Shown here one piece after another: positions 1 to 13,200 of a DNA stretch of 64,000 bases (positions are counted from its first letter, which is position 1; the number at the start of each line of letters is the position of its first letter). A program made the position numbers and the translations under genes. Where the stretch lies: the NCBI RefSeq assembly GCF_033153115.1, contig NW_026889801.1:6200001-6264000 (forward strand). Direction: 5' to 3'. Below the pieces are notes generated by a model. The model did not search any database. It had not been told where the DNA came from and was given only the letters and a program-made list of their open reading frames with translations. This stretch comes from Saccostrea echinata. Taxonomy: Eukaryota.

Positions 1-597
1 TCCTCATTATCAACTATGTTTACTTCACCAGTAATGACGTGTCCAGCAGGACTATAGTTGTAGGGTGAAGAAGAACATGAACACGTAGGAGGATTATGTA
101 TCAGATGTTCTATATCTAGGCATTGTAGAGGTTTTTTTGTAATTAAAAAGTTTGGAAGCAATAGTCGATGTATATTTTATAAGAAATACAAGGTGTGGAC
201 TTCAACTTGAAATATGGTGGAATATAAGACGCTCTACCACTGCGCCACGTAGGCGACTAGAATGATTCGTTCTGCATGCTTCGACTATTTATATAACGAG
301 ACCACGTGACAACCAATCCTTAAATAGAATACTCTCCAAGAATTATAGTAGGACACCGGCGACAAAATATACAATAATGTATCGACATGAGCTTTCATTA
401 TTTTTCTCCCTGCAGAATGGGCGACAAAATTTACCTTACATATTGGCACTTAGTGTGCAGGCAACGATTTATGCTAATTGCTTTAATTTTTTTAAACAAT
501 ATTATTATCAGCCACATTTCGTTAGAAAGTGCACATTGGGTAATGAGTCCTTTTTAAAATTTTCTTTATCTGTTCAGTATCATCGTCAGTTAATTTA

Positions 598-910
598 GAG
601 CAGAGCAAACACGATTTTTCCTCCTGAAATCATCAGAGGCAGGACCAGGCGCCAAGGAGGAGCAAGCACCTCCGCCGACCGGCCACATCAGCCATGAGCT
701 CATTATCATGATCGGGCAAATGGAAAAAATCGTTGACAATTCAATGTTTAAATACTGGCTTGACAACCAGCACGAAAAACGTCAGCCAGCATTCTCTCAA
801 AAACTCTTGCCGACAAGGTCATTGTATCGACCATAGAACCTGCGAAATGATGACCGTAAACTAAATTCTCGTCATCGTTTAATCAACCCACTTGTCAATA
901 TTCCGCCTAG
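598..910 (-). mobile_element. Degenerate 3' fragment of a Penelope-like (Naiad-type) retroelement
   Basis: Aligns by eye with 12715-13020 (gagcaaacac...accggccac...acaaggtcattgtatcgaccatagaac...gaaatgatgac), which carries RT C-terminal coding remnants. Confidence 0.6.
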
Positions 911-1040
911 ATTCAGTAATTTTTGCACCTGAATTTTCGAAAATCTTGAATTCATTTTCACAAACAAATTTTACAACTGATATTCAACTACAAACATATT
1001 CCGAACAATGAAAAGAAAAAGGTTTTATTCCCGTCTCTCT

Positions 1041-2090
1041 AATAATGTACGAAATAAGGTGACCTCTGATCTAGATACTAATGTAAAATTTATGTTGTCC
1101 TCTGGTCTCCCTAATAATGTACAGTATAAGCTGACCTCTGTTCTCCCTAATTAGGTTCAATTTAAGGTGACCACTGGTCTCCCTAATAATGTCCAATATT
1201 CGGTGACCTTTGGTCCCCCTAATTATGTACAATATAAGGTGACCTACGGTCCCCCTAATTATGTACAATATGAGGTGACCTCTGGTTTCTTAAATAATAT
1301 ACAATATAAGGTGACCTCTGGTCTCCTTACTAATTTACAATATAAGGTGATCTCTGGTCTCCCCAGTAATGTACAATATAAGACGTCCTCTGGTTTAGCT
1401 ACGTATATACAATTTAATGTGACCTCTGGTCTCTTTAATAATGTACAATATAAGGTACATTAATATAAGGTAACCTCTGGACTCCCTTATTAGGTTCAAT
1501 ATATTGTGACCTTTGGTCTCCCTAATGATGTACAATATAGGGTGACCTCTGGACTCAGTATTTATATACAATTTTATGAGACCTGTACTCTCCCTAATGA
1601 TTTACAATATAAGGTGACCTCTGGTCTCTCCAATAATGTATAATATAATGTGATCTCTGGTCTCCCTAATAATGCACAATATAAAGGTGACCTCTGGTCT
1701 CCCTACTAATTTAGAATATTACGTGACCACTGGTCTCCCTAATAATGTACAATATAAGGTGACCTCTGGTCTTCCTAATAATGTACAATATAGGGTGACC
1801 TCTGGACTCCGTATTCATATACAACTTGATGTGACCTCTGTTGTCTCTAATGTATACTATATAAGGTGACCTCTAGTCTCCGTGTTCTTACACAACTTTT
1901 TGTTTTATACAACTTTTTTACATTATTAAAAGACCAGGGGTCACATAAAGTTGCATATAAATACGGAGACCAGAGGTTACCCCATATTGTACATCATAAG
2001 AGAGAACAGGAGTCACATAAAATTGTATATGAATGCCGAGACTAGAGGTCATCTTATATTGTACGTCAGAAGGGAGATCAGAGGACATAT
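1041..2090. repeat. 36-bp minisatellite array with an inverted degenerate arm
   Basis: Unit AATAATGTACAATATAAGGTGACCTCTGGTCTCCCT repeats over about 1041-1880 (period 36, e.g. 1741 and 1777). Reverse-complement copies (gagaccagaggt...) occur at about 1930-2090, with scattered copies at about 2510-2800. Confidence 0.9.
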
Positions 2091-5000
2091 AAAGTTGAAT
2101 ATTAAATGTGTGTTGTAAGGAGATAAGAGGTTAAAAAGTATGGCATATGAAGAATTATTTTCCCAACACAGACTCTGCTTTTAATGACACGCAAAAACAA
2201 AAAAGGTACACAATTTCTCCATATTCACTAAATTTATTTCGTCAGAATGGGGGTGTGTGTTTGGACAATTTGATTGTCTTCATAAACATGTATATGATTC
2301 TAGGAAACAATTCTCAAGGGGTCCGTGTTTTCTAAGTCTACTTTTGGTAAGTCTATTTTTTGGTTAGTATTGTTTCTCCATTTACAGATCTAGCGGGGGT
2401 AGTGATTGGAATTCAGCATCTCCCTTCCATTAAATTTTCACTCATTAAATACAAGGGGAACATCTTTTCTGTAATATCAATAAGGAGGACAGAGGAATAG
2501 CTAGAGTGTTATATTGATAAGGTCACCTATTGTGGTACGATATATTATTTAGGAGACCAGAGGTCACCTAACGTAATTTATTACCAAATCACTATTCCAT
2601 TATCTAAAAGTATCAGTGAAAAATCCAAGGAGGACACGATCTAATCCCCCTACCCTTCCCGGTGGATCTGCGCATGCAAAAACAAATGTCACCTACTCTG
2701 ATATATTGATAAGGATACCAGAGGTTTGATAGTGTGTTACTTTGATACGGTCGTGTAACATGGATTATCATAAGGGAGACCACAGGTCATCTGACGTAAT
2801 TCATTACCATATGAATTATATCATATATCTTTAAAATCTAATAGTCAATGTTGCTTGCTTTACCCCTATTGTATCTTTCCTAACATCAGATGATTATTCT
2901 TTCAAGAAATACAATTTCTGTTAGTTGTATATTACATTTGTAAAGTCTTCCAGTAGAAGGATTAACTCTACTTTCATTTTGCGGTTGCAATGCACTATAT
3001 TTTGTAGCGGAGTAAACAGGTTTGGTAGTTGTAAATGAGCAAGTGACCTTAGGTTCTAGTTGAGCGTACGTTTTATCCTTCTGCTTTTGTCACCGGAAGT
3101 ATTTACGGAAGACTATTTTCTGACAATATGTACATGAATATTTTTGCCGATGACAATATTTGCCAATGAATGACAATATTTGCAGTTTGAAGCATACTGT
3201 CACCGATCGTTCTATGTACAGGACCTTCATGACAAAATGTACCATCACACGACCGTTACAGCGAATTACAAAACACCGGTAAAGATTTCAATAGCTTGCT
3301 GCATGGCTCAATAGGGTAAACAATCTGCTCTGACAAGTATCACATTGGGTTTGAATCTTGGTCACGAGCAAAGAGCTTATCCAAGTGTGGCAGTAGATTT
3401 TACACGTAAATGTGAGTTGATTTCATGGTCTGTCTGAGTGATGAAGAAATCTGGACAAGTGGAAATGACAACACCATGAAACTCTTCAGCAATGTTGTAT
3501 GAAGCCACATATGTTTTACTTTAAATAAATGTAATATTTTTCTTTAATATAAAATGTTATATTTAATTTCATAAAATTGATTGCTCTTTTAGAAACGCAT
3601 AAATCTTCTGCACACAATTCATCTCATAGCTTCAGAGTCTTGTCACACCCGAAATATATTTTTTTTTTTTTTTGTAATTCACTTTCAAGACCCTCTATCA
3701 ATTTCAAATGGAGGGTATTTTCTGTTCTTTTGGGCAAAGGTTTCATTCTTGTCAATAAACAATAGCACCAACGGCAAGTGCTTAGATAGAATGGTCAACC
3801 TTACTCAATCCAGCATTCGAATATGTTCAAAACTGTTGTATTTTCCAAAATCTCCTCACCCACGATAAACAGGTTAGATTCTTTAAATGTATGAAAAATG
3901 AAAACATTAATGGAAAATAAGGTGTTGAAGATGGAGAGCTCAAACTATGCTAATGCTAGCAGTTTCATCTCCTGGAGCATTACTTACGACTAAGTAAAAA
4001 AAAATTAACATAGATCTAAACTCTCATCAACTGAATAAGTTTGCGATTTTGTAATTTTCTTATAAATAATTAAATTACCATTTAATCAAAGTAAATGATA
4101 AAATAAATTGCAAAAGCACTTAGTTCTTTTGTAAAACAAGACCTTAATTTAAATTTTGGGAGTTCCGAAGAAAGAAATTTGCTGGTTGTAGAGTTTATAT
4201 GTGTTATTTATAGTATTATTATTATATCATATTTATGTGTTTATTTATAATCCATAAGATGAGAGAAATTCAGAGTGGAAAGCTAGATTCCTTACTTTGT
4301 TAATTCATCAATGCTGCCCACTTTGCGCAAATAGTGTGGGGCTAAGCTCCATATCCCAAATCAGGTTCTTGGGCATATGTAATCAGGAAAATCACTTTAA
4401 ATTTATTAAATTCATGCAATTCTTTGAAATAACATAGACTACTTCTTTTTCAAAATTTGATTGTAATGTACGTTAAATTATATTTTTCTCAAAATTTGAT
4501 CGTAATGTACATTGGATACAAATAAAGCTATTAAATTTTTAACTTCTGTAATTTGTTATGCTACAATTCATAGAAAAGACCATTCTGGATCTGCATTCAG
4601 ATTTGGTTATTATTCACAAATAAAAACTTACAATAATTAAGGAAATTACAAACACAACTGCTCACTAGACTGTTACTCTGTGTCATACCATGCATGCAGA
4701 GTAACTTTCTGACCTAGATACTTGTTAGGCCAAACTGTATACCCTATCTAGCTATCAAGCTAGTTATTAAAGACCGGCGTTTTGTAATTTGCTGTTACCA
4801 GAAAAACACATTTGAATTATTGTATGTGGGTCTGACTGCACTTTTATTACATTCAAATAATATTGGTTATAGGTGGTCATCATATCAAAACTGATATGAA
4901 ATAATAATCAATTTTCCTTCTCATATTACCTTAAGATTTAGAAAGCTTTGTAAAACTTTTCATTTGTAGAATTAAAAAAGATTTCATAGCAAAATCGTTT

Positions 5001-6320
5001 CTGAGTTCGTTTTCCTTGTTGTTGCTTTTCAATTTTTTTTTATTTTGAGAAGAAAATAATATCAACCTGTCCAATAAAGACGCTGTACTTGACAGTATTT
5101 TTGGGAAAAGGTACTGTCCGATGCTGTTCTAAGTTTTGTCATTAAATTTTTTGACATATGACTGCCAGCTATATTTCTAGATCCGGTAGATAATAAATAA
5201 TACATGTATCTTTTCATATGGCCGACACGTTTACATAAAGCAAACGGCTACATACTCGAAAAAAGAACTGATAAAAACTTTACTAATAGTCGGCCGTTGT
5301 ATTTCAATTTGTTACGCTGTTTTATTATTATTATTATTATTATTACTAGAATAAGCAGTTTGTTGCTTAGAAGAAAAAAAAGGGGGGTTAGGGAGTAGGA
5401 GTAACACATCATTTCGTCAAATAACATTTTACATGTACTGATATGAGTACACTTAAGGATTTCGTTGAAAGTGGAGTAATTCATATTACGAATTCGAAGT
5501 ACTGATGAAAAATAATGTTTGTTCATTGATACAGTTGATACGTATCTTGTTATGTGCATTTTGGTATCATTCTGTTTGAAGTTGACGTTTATTTTCTTGT
5601 TTTTTCCTCAATTCTTTAATGTTTCAGATGGTTTCTTTAAATTGTAAGAAGAAAAAAAAAACCTAATTTTAAAACAATGTTCTTTAAAAACTATCTCAAA
5701 ATATAGAATGTTAGAAAATGTTTATATACTTACGTGTAAACTGATGGACAAAAGTAGAAAAGAGTTCATATTTGTTACAATCTGCATCTTTTTCAAAGAA
5801 TCCTGGAGCATGGCCCATTCAAGGAGACAGAGAATTTGTCGCTTTTTCTAATTTCTGTCAAATCAGGACGAATTCGAAAACTGTAAAATGTTATAGCAAT
5901 TTCAGACCTCAAAGATATATTTGTGTAGCATGCGATACATGTTTTTTTTTTTTTTTTTTTTTTTTTACTTTACGCAAAAGGGAACTTATCGTAAATCAGA
6001 TTTTAATGAAGTGTGATTATTTGATTTGATACGTTCATGACGATGAATTGTGAAATAATGATCAATGTAATACAAAACAGGAGCAGGTAATGATAGATCA
6101 TGAGGACATCTAGACGTTTTTAATACAGAAGTCAATCTACCTTTCAGTCTATGATCTTTCATATGACTAACTTTGTACATGTGTAACCCTGATTGCATTG
6201 TCACAATCTGAAAACTATCACAGCACGTACAAAAATATTTAAGTAGCTTTCAAATTCATCAGATTTCAATTTCCATATCCACAACTAAAACAAGTAATGT
6301 CCTATATCTCCTAGATAACG

Positions 6321-6322
<2 letters not shown>

Positions 6323-6393
<71 letters not shown>
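6323..6393. repeat. (TA)n microsatellite
   Basis: Pure TA run. Confidence 0.95.
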
Positions 6394-6398
<5 letters not shown>

Positions 6399-6849
6399 AC
6401 AAGGTGAATTTTAAAACGAAAGTAGATTTTCTACTCGTAATATATTAACTTTTGTGTCAGTTTCCTATTCTTTGCAATCGATTATTACTGAATATAGAAT
6501 TTATTCTAGTTTGGAGAATTGTGAAATCTTGTTTTATTACAAAATCTATACCAATTATATGTGTCAATCAGAGATACTTACTTGGTATATTTGTTAACAC
6601 ACATCCACTGGAGCGCACTATAGTACATATGGTTTAAACCTACCTTAGCGATTCGGTTACCTTAACTTGATCAAAGTCCTGTAAAATAAATGCTTGAGAT
6701 ATTTAAATGTACATTGTATGTCAATAAACAATTTGTGCCAAAAATGATATTTCAAAACTAAGATTAGTCTCTTTTTTAGCAAGAGAGAATGAAACATTTT
6801 TTTTTTGCGAAAGCGTATTTGCTGCCGGTTAAAAATATTTTTGCTACTT

Positions 6850-7328
6850 TTACGTTCGAGATATCATGTCGTACGAACAAGATATCGAGTCGTACGTTCA
6901 AAATAAGAAGTCGTAATTATGAAATAATATGTCGTACTCGTACACATAACATACACTAAGTCGTACATACGGCATATTGAGTCAAAGAGACAATATGTCG
7001 TAATAATGAAATACTATGTCGAACGTCCAACATAATAAGTCGCAATAACGAGAAAATTAAGTCGGAATCACGAAAAAAATAAGTCTTCCAAACGACAAAT
7101 TACGTCGTAAAAACGACATTAAAAGTCACTAAGTCGCAGAAACGAGATACTTAGTTGTATGTATATAGGTCGAAAAAACGAGTTATTAAGTTTGTACTAA
7201 AATGAGTCCTAAATACAGATAAAAAGTCGGCGAAATTATGAGATAATAAGTCGTACAACGACATAATAAATTGAACAGAGGACATTGTAAGTCATATGTT
7301 CAAGATATTAAGTCGCACAAACGACATT
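6850..7328. repeat. Degenerate ~21-bp tandem repeat array
   Basis: Recurrent (a/t)agtcg(t/c)a...acga motif at roughly 20-22 bp spacing. Confidence 0.65.
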
Positions 7329-8440
7329 ACAAGATGTGTTTGTGAAACACTGATGCCCCCGTATGACAGCTTTCAGATCAAAGTTTCTCAAATCAAGAGA
7401 TAAAAAAATGTTGGTACCCAAAGAAAGGCCTTGTGTCGAGGAATATAAGTGTGAAATTTGAAAGCCCTAAAACCAAATGTTTAAAAGTATTAGCGAAGGT
7501 TAAATTTTTTTAAAGTAAGTAAAACGTCAAGGTCCAAGTCAAATTGGGCCCCAATTAAAGGTCTTGTCACAAGTGATACACATGTTCGTGTAATGTGAAA
7601 GCCCTAGAACCAAACGTTCACATGTTATGGCCAAGATTTTGATTTTTTTAAAAGTAGGTCAAACTCCAAGGTCGGGGTCAAAAGGTCAAAGTGGTTGGTA
7701 TCCAAAGGAAGGTCTTATAACAAGGATTACATATTTGAAGAATGAAAGTCCTTGCACCAACCGTTCAAAGGTAAGGGACAAAATTAAACTTTTTCAAAAG
7801 TAGGTCAAACTCCTCGATCAAGGTCAAAGGGTCAAAGTTCTTGATATACAAAGGAAGGCCTTGTCACAAGAAATGTACATATTAAATATGAAAGCCCTAG
7901 CAACAACCGTTCAAAAGTTATGGCAAAGGTTAAAGTTTTTCAAAAGTAGTCAGACTCCTAGGTCTAGGTCAAAGTTGTTGGTATCCAAAGGAAGGTCTTA
8001 TTACAAGGAATACACCTGTGAAGTATGAAAGCCCTAGCACCAAATGTTCAAAAGCAATGACCAGGTTTTTTTTCAAAAGTAGGTCAAACTCTAAGGTCAA
8101 GGTCAAAGGGCCAAAGTTGTTGGTATCTAAAGGACGGTCTTGGCACAGGAAATACACATGTGAAGTTTGAAAGCCCAAGCACCAACAGTTCAAAAGTTAT
8201 GGGCAAGGTTAAAGTTTCATAAAATTTTGCTAAAGTGGGTCAAACTCCAACGTCAAGTTCAAAATGTTAGATATGATGGTACCCAAAGAAAGGTCTTGTC
8301 AAGGAATACACATGTGAAATATGAAAGTCATAGCTCCAACTAATCAAAAGTTATGGACAAGGTTAAAGTTTGTGCGGACAAACAGACAGACGGACGGACA
8401 GGACACAAATATACCCCCTAATCTTCAATACGGGGGCATA
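7329..8440 (+). mobile_element. Non-autonomous Helitron/Helentron-like (HINE) element with internal ~145-bp tandem repeats
   Basis: Starts ACAAGATGTGTTTGTGAAACACTGATGCCCCC. Internal repeats contain aaagtaggtcaaactcc-like motifs (~7651, 7797, 7944, 8076, 8232). Ends with a (GACA/GACG)n microsatellite and a CCCCC...GGGGGCATA hairpin, the layout typical of oyster HINEs. Confidence 0.75.
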
Positions 8441-9632
8441 GTGTCTTAATAACGACTTATACTAATACTTACGGCACAAGAAGTTGTAACAATAAGACTA
8501 TTATATTATATTATACTATTATCCTGCCGCCAGCCCCCCCCCCCCCCCCCAAAAAAAATACTCAAACATAAAGACATGAAATAGATTTTTTCCTTTTTAT
8601 TATCTTTCAAAACTTTTAGAAGAAGATATGCCAAATAGCTTTCTTTGTATTGTTGTTCTGGTGAAATTGCCTTTGCCCTTAACATAAGCAATTGCTATAT
8701 TCATTAGCTTGCATAGAAGTCTAAGTTATATTTCACAGTTTGAATTTGTCTTTTTGAATTCTTTTTATTCGAATTAGAAAACTGTTTTGTTTTGATCATA
8801 TTTAATTGCCAATATGTTAAAGGGATTGAACATAGATTCTAAAAACTTAGATAGTCCTCTCCTATACATAAGATCTTAAAAGCCATACAACATTTACAAA
8901 AGTATGGCTAGTAAACTCAATATATAAAAACACATAGAAAGTAAAAAAACAAAAGTAAATGGAATTGAAATAGAGAGAAGTACAAGGGTCAAAGATCATG
9001 CATATTGTCCCAACATGATAAAGGTGGCGGACCACAATAAAGAACATCAAAACAATGTAAACAAATACAATACAAAAGGATGTCAAAAATTTAAGNNNNN
9101 NNNNNNNNNNNNNNNNNNNNNNNNNNNNNNNNNNNNNNNNNNNNNNNNNNNNNNNNNNNNNNNNNNNNNNNNNNNNNNNNNNNNNNNNNNNNNNNNNNNN
9201 NNNNNNNNNNNNNNNNNNNNNNNNNNNNNNNNNNNNNNNNNNNNNNNNGTCAAGTGCTCTTGTGCTGGTCATAGCTCTATTAAATTATATTCTACTGAAA
9301 GAAGTTATACTACTTTGCCAACTTTTTAAAGCAAATATAAAACGTGAAGTTGCTTTAGAAATTTCACGTTATTATTCGTGCGCCGTAAAGCGATANNNNN
9401 NNNNNNNNNNNNNNNNNNNNNNNNNNNNNNNNNNNNNNNNNNNNNNNNNNNNNNNNNNNNNNNNNNNNNNNNNNNNNNNNNNNNNNNNNNNNNNNNNNNN
9501 NNNNNNNNNNNNNNNNNNNNNNNNNNNNNNNNNNNNNNNNNNNNNNNNAACGTAAGGAAAGTTTAAGAAAGCAGTGTTGATTTTTGTTCCCTGTAGTCAA
9601 CTTGTCCACGATTTTACCGGACAACCCTCGTA

Positions 9633-10707
9633 CGAGGATTGTCCCAGAAAAACGCGAACTTTTTAAATATTTCATAAACTACCTTACCAAAATTATTCAT
9701 TTTTGGCACAATGTTGGGAAATGTTATATTCGTCATTTTTACCAAATACTCTAAAGTTGGAATGTCATATGCATTTAGAAACAGCATTTAAAGGGTGTTA
9801 AATATCGGTGGTATACGCACAACAATTTCTTGACTTTCAGAATTAGCATTTCCATCTAATTTTTTCTTTATTACAAGGCTATACGGAAATATAATGTGAC
9901 AAAAATTACATCCATAGAAACTGTGCGATCTAAAGTACTTGTGTTTAAAAAATAAATAAATACTTTGACATCATAAATTACAAAAATATGATGTTATATG
10001 ACAAAACATAATTAGTTAGATATTGTCAAAAACGGCGACGTCGGGCGATAATGCGGCGCAAGAAATTATCACTCATTACTGTATGGAGCGGGTTATGACT
10101 CCTGCTCATACGGGAAAAGAGCTAGGAATGAGGGAACGACACAAATATATGTATCGAACACTTGTTTATACCTAGTAAAAGAGGTTCAAAGATAGATGGA
10201 CTGGTTATCCGATGGAAGAAGCGTTTGGTAGACCAACAAAAATGACGACAAACTGAAAAGTCTAGAGCTGGACGTCATACGTGGAGACAGTCATTAACTA
10301 TGCGAGTAGTTAAGTTTATGATCGGGGTTAGGAAATTGTCTATTAAAATAATTAATTCCTTGATTTATTCTTAACTGTAGTTCGCATGAAATTTATAACT
10401 TGGTAACTAAAAAGAAATCAAATGCAGTATCGAATTTCTGCTTCGAACGAATTTTTAAAGACGCACGATTCCTGAATAAATCCAAAACCTCCACGATCAA
10501 CGCTTTGACGTCGTTGGTGTTGCGCCGGGAGCTACTTTGAATGAGTGATTTATTAGAGAGAAAAATGTTATTTGTAAAGATATTATATTGAAATTTCTGT
10601 GAATTATGTAAAAAATGTTAATTATAGTGCATGCCAATTTTTAACTTTATAATATTAGTGAAACGAAAAATATTGAGAAAGTTCGCGTTTTTCTGGGACA
10701 ACCCTCG
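9633..10707. mobile_element. Mariner-like non-autonomous DNA transposon
   Basis: ~30-bp TIRs CGAGGATTGTCCCAGAAAAACGCGAACTTT and AAAGTTCGCGTTTTTCTGGGACAACCCTCG, flanked by TA on both sides. No transposase ORF. Confidence 0.8.
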
Positions 10708-10941
10708 TATATATAAAAATTATCCAATTTGTATTATCATTAAAATTTCACTATAATCTAGAAATTTATTAATTTTTGAAAAAAATTTCCTTATTTGCGT
10801 ACCAAAATAAATGTATTTCCTGAAAATGAAATAGACACATTTCAATGTAACCGTTTAAACTACACATGCGGAAACATTGATTAATTATTAACATTTTAAT
10901 GATTCTGGATTTTTTCTATTCATCATATAGGCCTATTTGCA

Positions 10942-11993
10942 ATGAAGAAATATATTCTAATTACTTTTTCTTTTATAGTGTATAAATTTGCTCTTTCCAC
11001 CAATCACAGGTAAAAACAGTTATTTCAATTGTTTTGCATTTTCTGAAATTGATTTCTATTTTATCAATTTCAGGTAATTCATCATGATTAATTTTAAATT
11101 TCTTTAGTCGTCAGATATCTCTTTGCTATGCAGGATATTTCTGGAGCAAACAAAATGCAACATGTGAAAGTAGGTCATTTTTGTTTTCATTATTATTGGA
11201 ATTTTGTCTCAGTGTTTTTCTTGGCTTTTTAACAATACTGAATTTCTTTCTTAATATATAGAGTGTCCTGTTGGTTACCATAATATAAACTGCTCTGAAA
11301 AGTGCAAATATCCTAGCTTTGGAGAAGATTGTCAGGGCGGGTGCAAATGTAGAAAAAATCTATGTGATTTTGTACTAGGATGCCTTGAACAGAGAAGTAA
11401 AGATACAAGACTTTTTTTTGTAATTATACCGGTTATACATGTACATGTATAATGAAAAATACTATATTTATCACTTACCTTTTTTTTTAGCTAAAAGGTA
11501 TTTTGGAACAACTATCGTATCTGATAACACTGTGAGTACCAAAGAACTAACAATACAAACAGCCAAGATGATAAGTACAGAAAAAGCGCATCAGACTAAA
11601 GCAGACTTCATTTTGTACGGTATTTTTATCTTAGTGGGAGTTTTCGTGATATTGTTTGGTGTTTTTGTCGCTACTTATCTTTATAAACAATGCTTTCGAA
11701 AAAGGCCTACTAGCAATAGATACGGCACAGTCGAATTAACTGCCATTGACAGGTACAAAGAACTGGAAAATCAGAAAATTGTGATAAATGATTCAAGTGA
11801 AAATATGTCACCAGATCCTGTCTATCTCGATCCAATTTGTGTTGAGCCACCATTTAATAACTCTGAATCAGACCAATCGTCATTGCAGAAAGCAAGTGTA
11901 TATCTAGAGGTAATCCACGGTACCAGTAGTGAGGAATCATTGCCTTCTGATGTTGAAAACTCTCCTACTGGTTATGTTGATGTCATACAGTAA
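10942..11993 (+). CDS. Small type-I membrane receptor A: EGF-like (MEGF10/SREC-type) ectodomain, TM helix, tyrosine-motif tail (~255 aa)
   Basis: Exons 10942-11009 (signal-like MKKYILITFSFIVYKFALS), 11108-11169 (CYAGYFWSKQNATCE), 11262-11396 (CPVGYHNINCSEKCKYPSFGEDCQGGCKCRKNLCDFVLGC) and 11491-11993 (stalk, TM FILYGIFILVGVFVILFGVFVATYLY, tail). All introns are GT-AG and the exons join in frame. AATAAA at about 12047. Confidence 0.85.
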
Positions 11994-12654
11994 GTTTCAG
12001 GGAATTGCTGTCAATCAGTTTGTAAATGTACTTTTTTGTATTAATGAATAAATTTTATTCTTTTTAAGTAAATACACAAAAAAGAAAAAAATGTTATATT
12101 ATGCATTGTCTGGAAAAGTTATTCGGTTTCATATTGAATAAGCATTTGAAGTATTAGCAGGCACGTAGAAATTAACCCCTCCCCCCCACTTCTTTTCTGA
12201 GAGTAGGCTTGTGCTGTTAACTATTTTTAATAAAATGAATTCAGGTAATAATTGATTTCACACTGAACCTTTTTGCTGCAGTATGGTCGAGTCTTTCCAC
12301 GTTATTGTAACTATGTAACTTTCTATCGAATATGAAAGTATGACCCCACCCCCGCAATAATTCATTGACAAGAACTTCGATTTTTGAAAAAGTTTACTCC
12401 CAAACACACTTTCTCTTAAGGTTTCACTCCGTTTAAAAACCTGGTTAGGGCAACGTCTCTTACCGCAAGGAAATTAAATAGAAACTTGATAGAAATATTT
12501 GAAACACAAGTGAAAAGCGATTGATACATGTGTATAATATTAATGTACTTTGAAACAATTACATCTGTACATACATGATAAGAAAGTAAGTGCATCCAAC
12601 CAATTTTACAGTTAAGAATTTGATACACGAAGTATATCTTTTAATACAATGATA

Positions 12655-13200
12655 TATATGGAGATAACGAACAGTATTCAAGCTCAAAAGTCCATTAAAC
12701 GATACAAAATAGGAGCAGAGCAAACACGGACCTCCAAACATAGGTGAGATCAGGTGCCATGGAGGAGTGAGCATCCCCTGTCGACCGGTCACAACCGCCA
12801 TGTGCTCCTTGTCATGATTGGGAAATAATGGAAAAATCCGTCGACAATTCAATGTGTAAATAATGGCCTAACAATGAGTATGAAAAACGTCAGTCAGCAT
12901 TTGACTCAATGATAAATTGTATTTGCTGACAAGGTCATTGTATCGACCATAGAACTTACGAAATGATGACTTTAAACGAGACAGCTGATATTCTTGTTTC
13001 ATCAACTTGTTCGTCAATAATTTACTTCGTTTTAGAAATTGTACATACGTAGAGCATGCTCTTGCGTATCGATCAACTGAGAGATATATACCCCGTATGC
13101 AGGTGATGAAGGTATATTGCTGCATAAGTAAGGGAAGTTGACAATTGAAAAGTTAAAGTCATCACGTTTGTCATATACCTTGGTTGTTAGATTACAAGCA
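12655..13200 (-). mobile_element. Penelope-like (Naiad-type) retroelement 3' remnant
   Basis: Minus strand reads TTKVYDKRDDFNFSIVNFPYLCSNIPSSPAYGVYISQLI / RYARACSTYVQFLKRSKLLTNKLMKQEY with one frameshift. This resembles the post-RT region of Penelope-like elements and is followed by the conserved 3' non-coding block. Confidence 0.75.

Noticed and set aside
1041-1880. 36-bp repeats resembling a CRISPR array, and ORFs 1167-1463 and 1672-1869
   Set aside because: Units are contiguous with no unique spacers, there are no cas genes and the context is eukaryotic. The ORFs are by-products of a 3n repeat and are interrupted by stops.
8862-9675. ORFs spanning N runs (also near 19.9-20.3, 28.1-28.6, 59.5-59.9 and 61.7-62.1 kb)
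   Set aside because: They are open only because of assembly gaps. The real exon portions near 19.8-20.5 kb are handled in the gene model.
12740-12800. HDV-like or hammerhead ribozyme in the Penelope 3' block
   Set aside because: The topology partly resembles HDV, but I cannot find P1.1, P4 or the catalytic C, nor a CUGANGA/GAAA hammerhead core.
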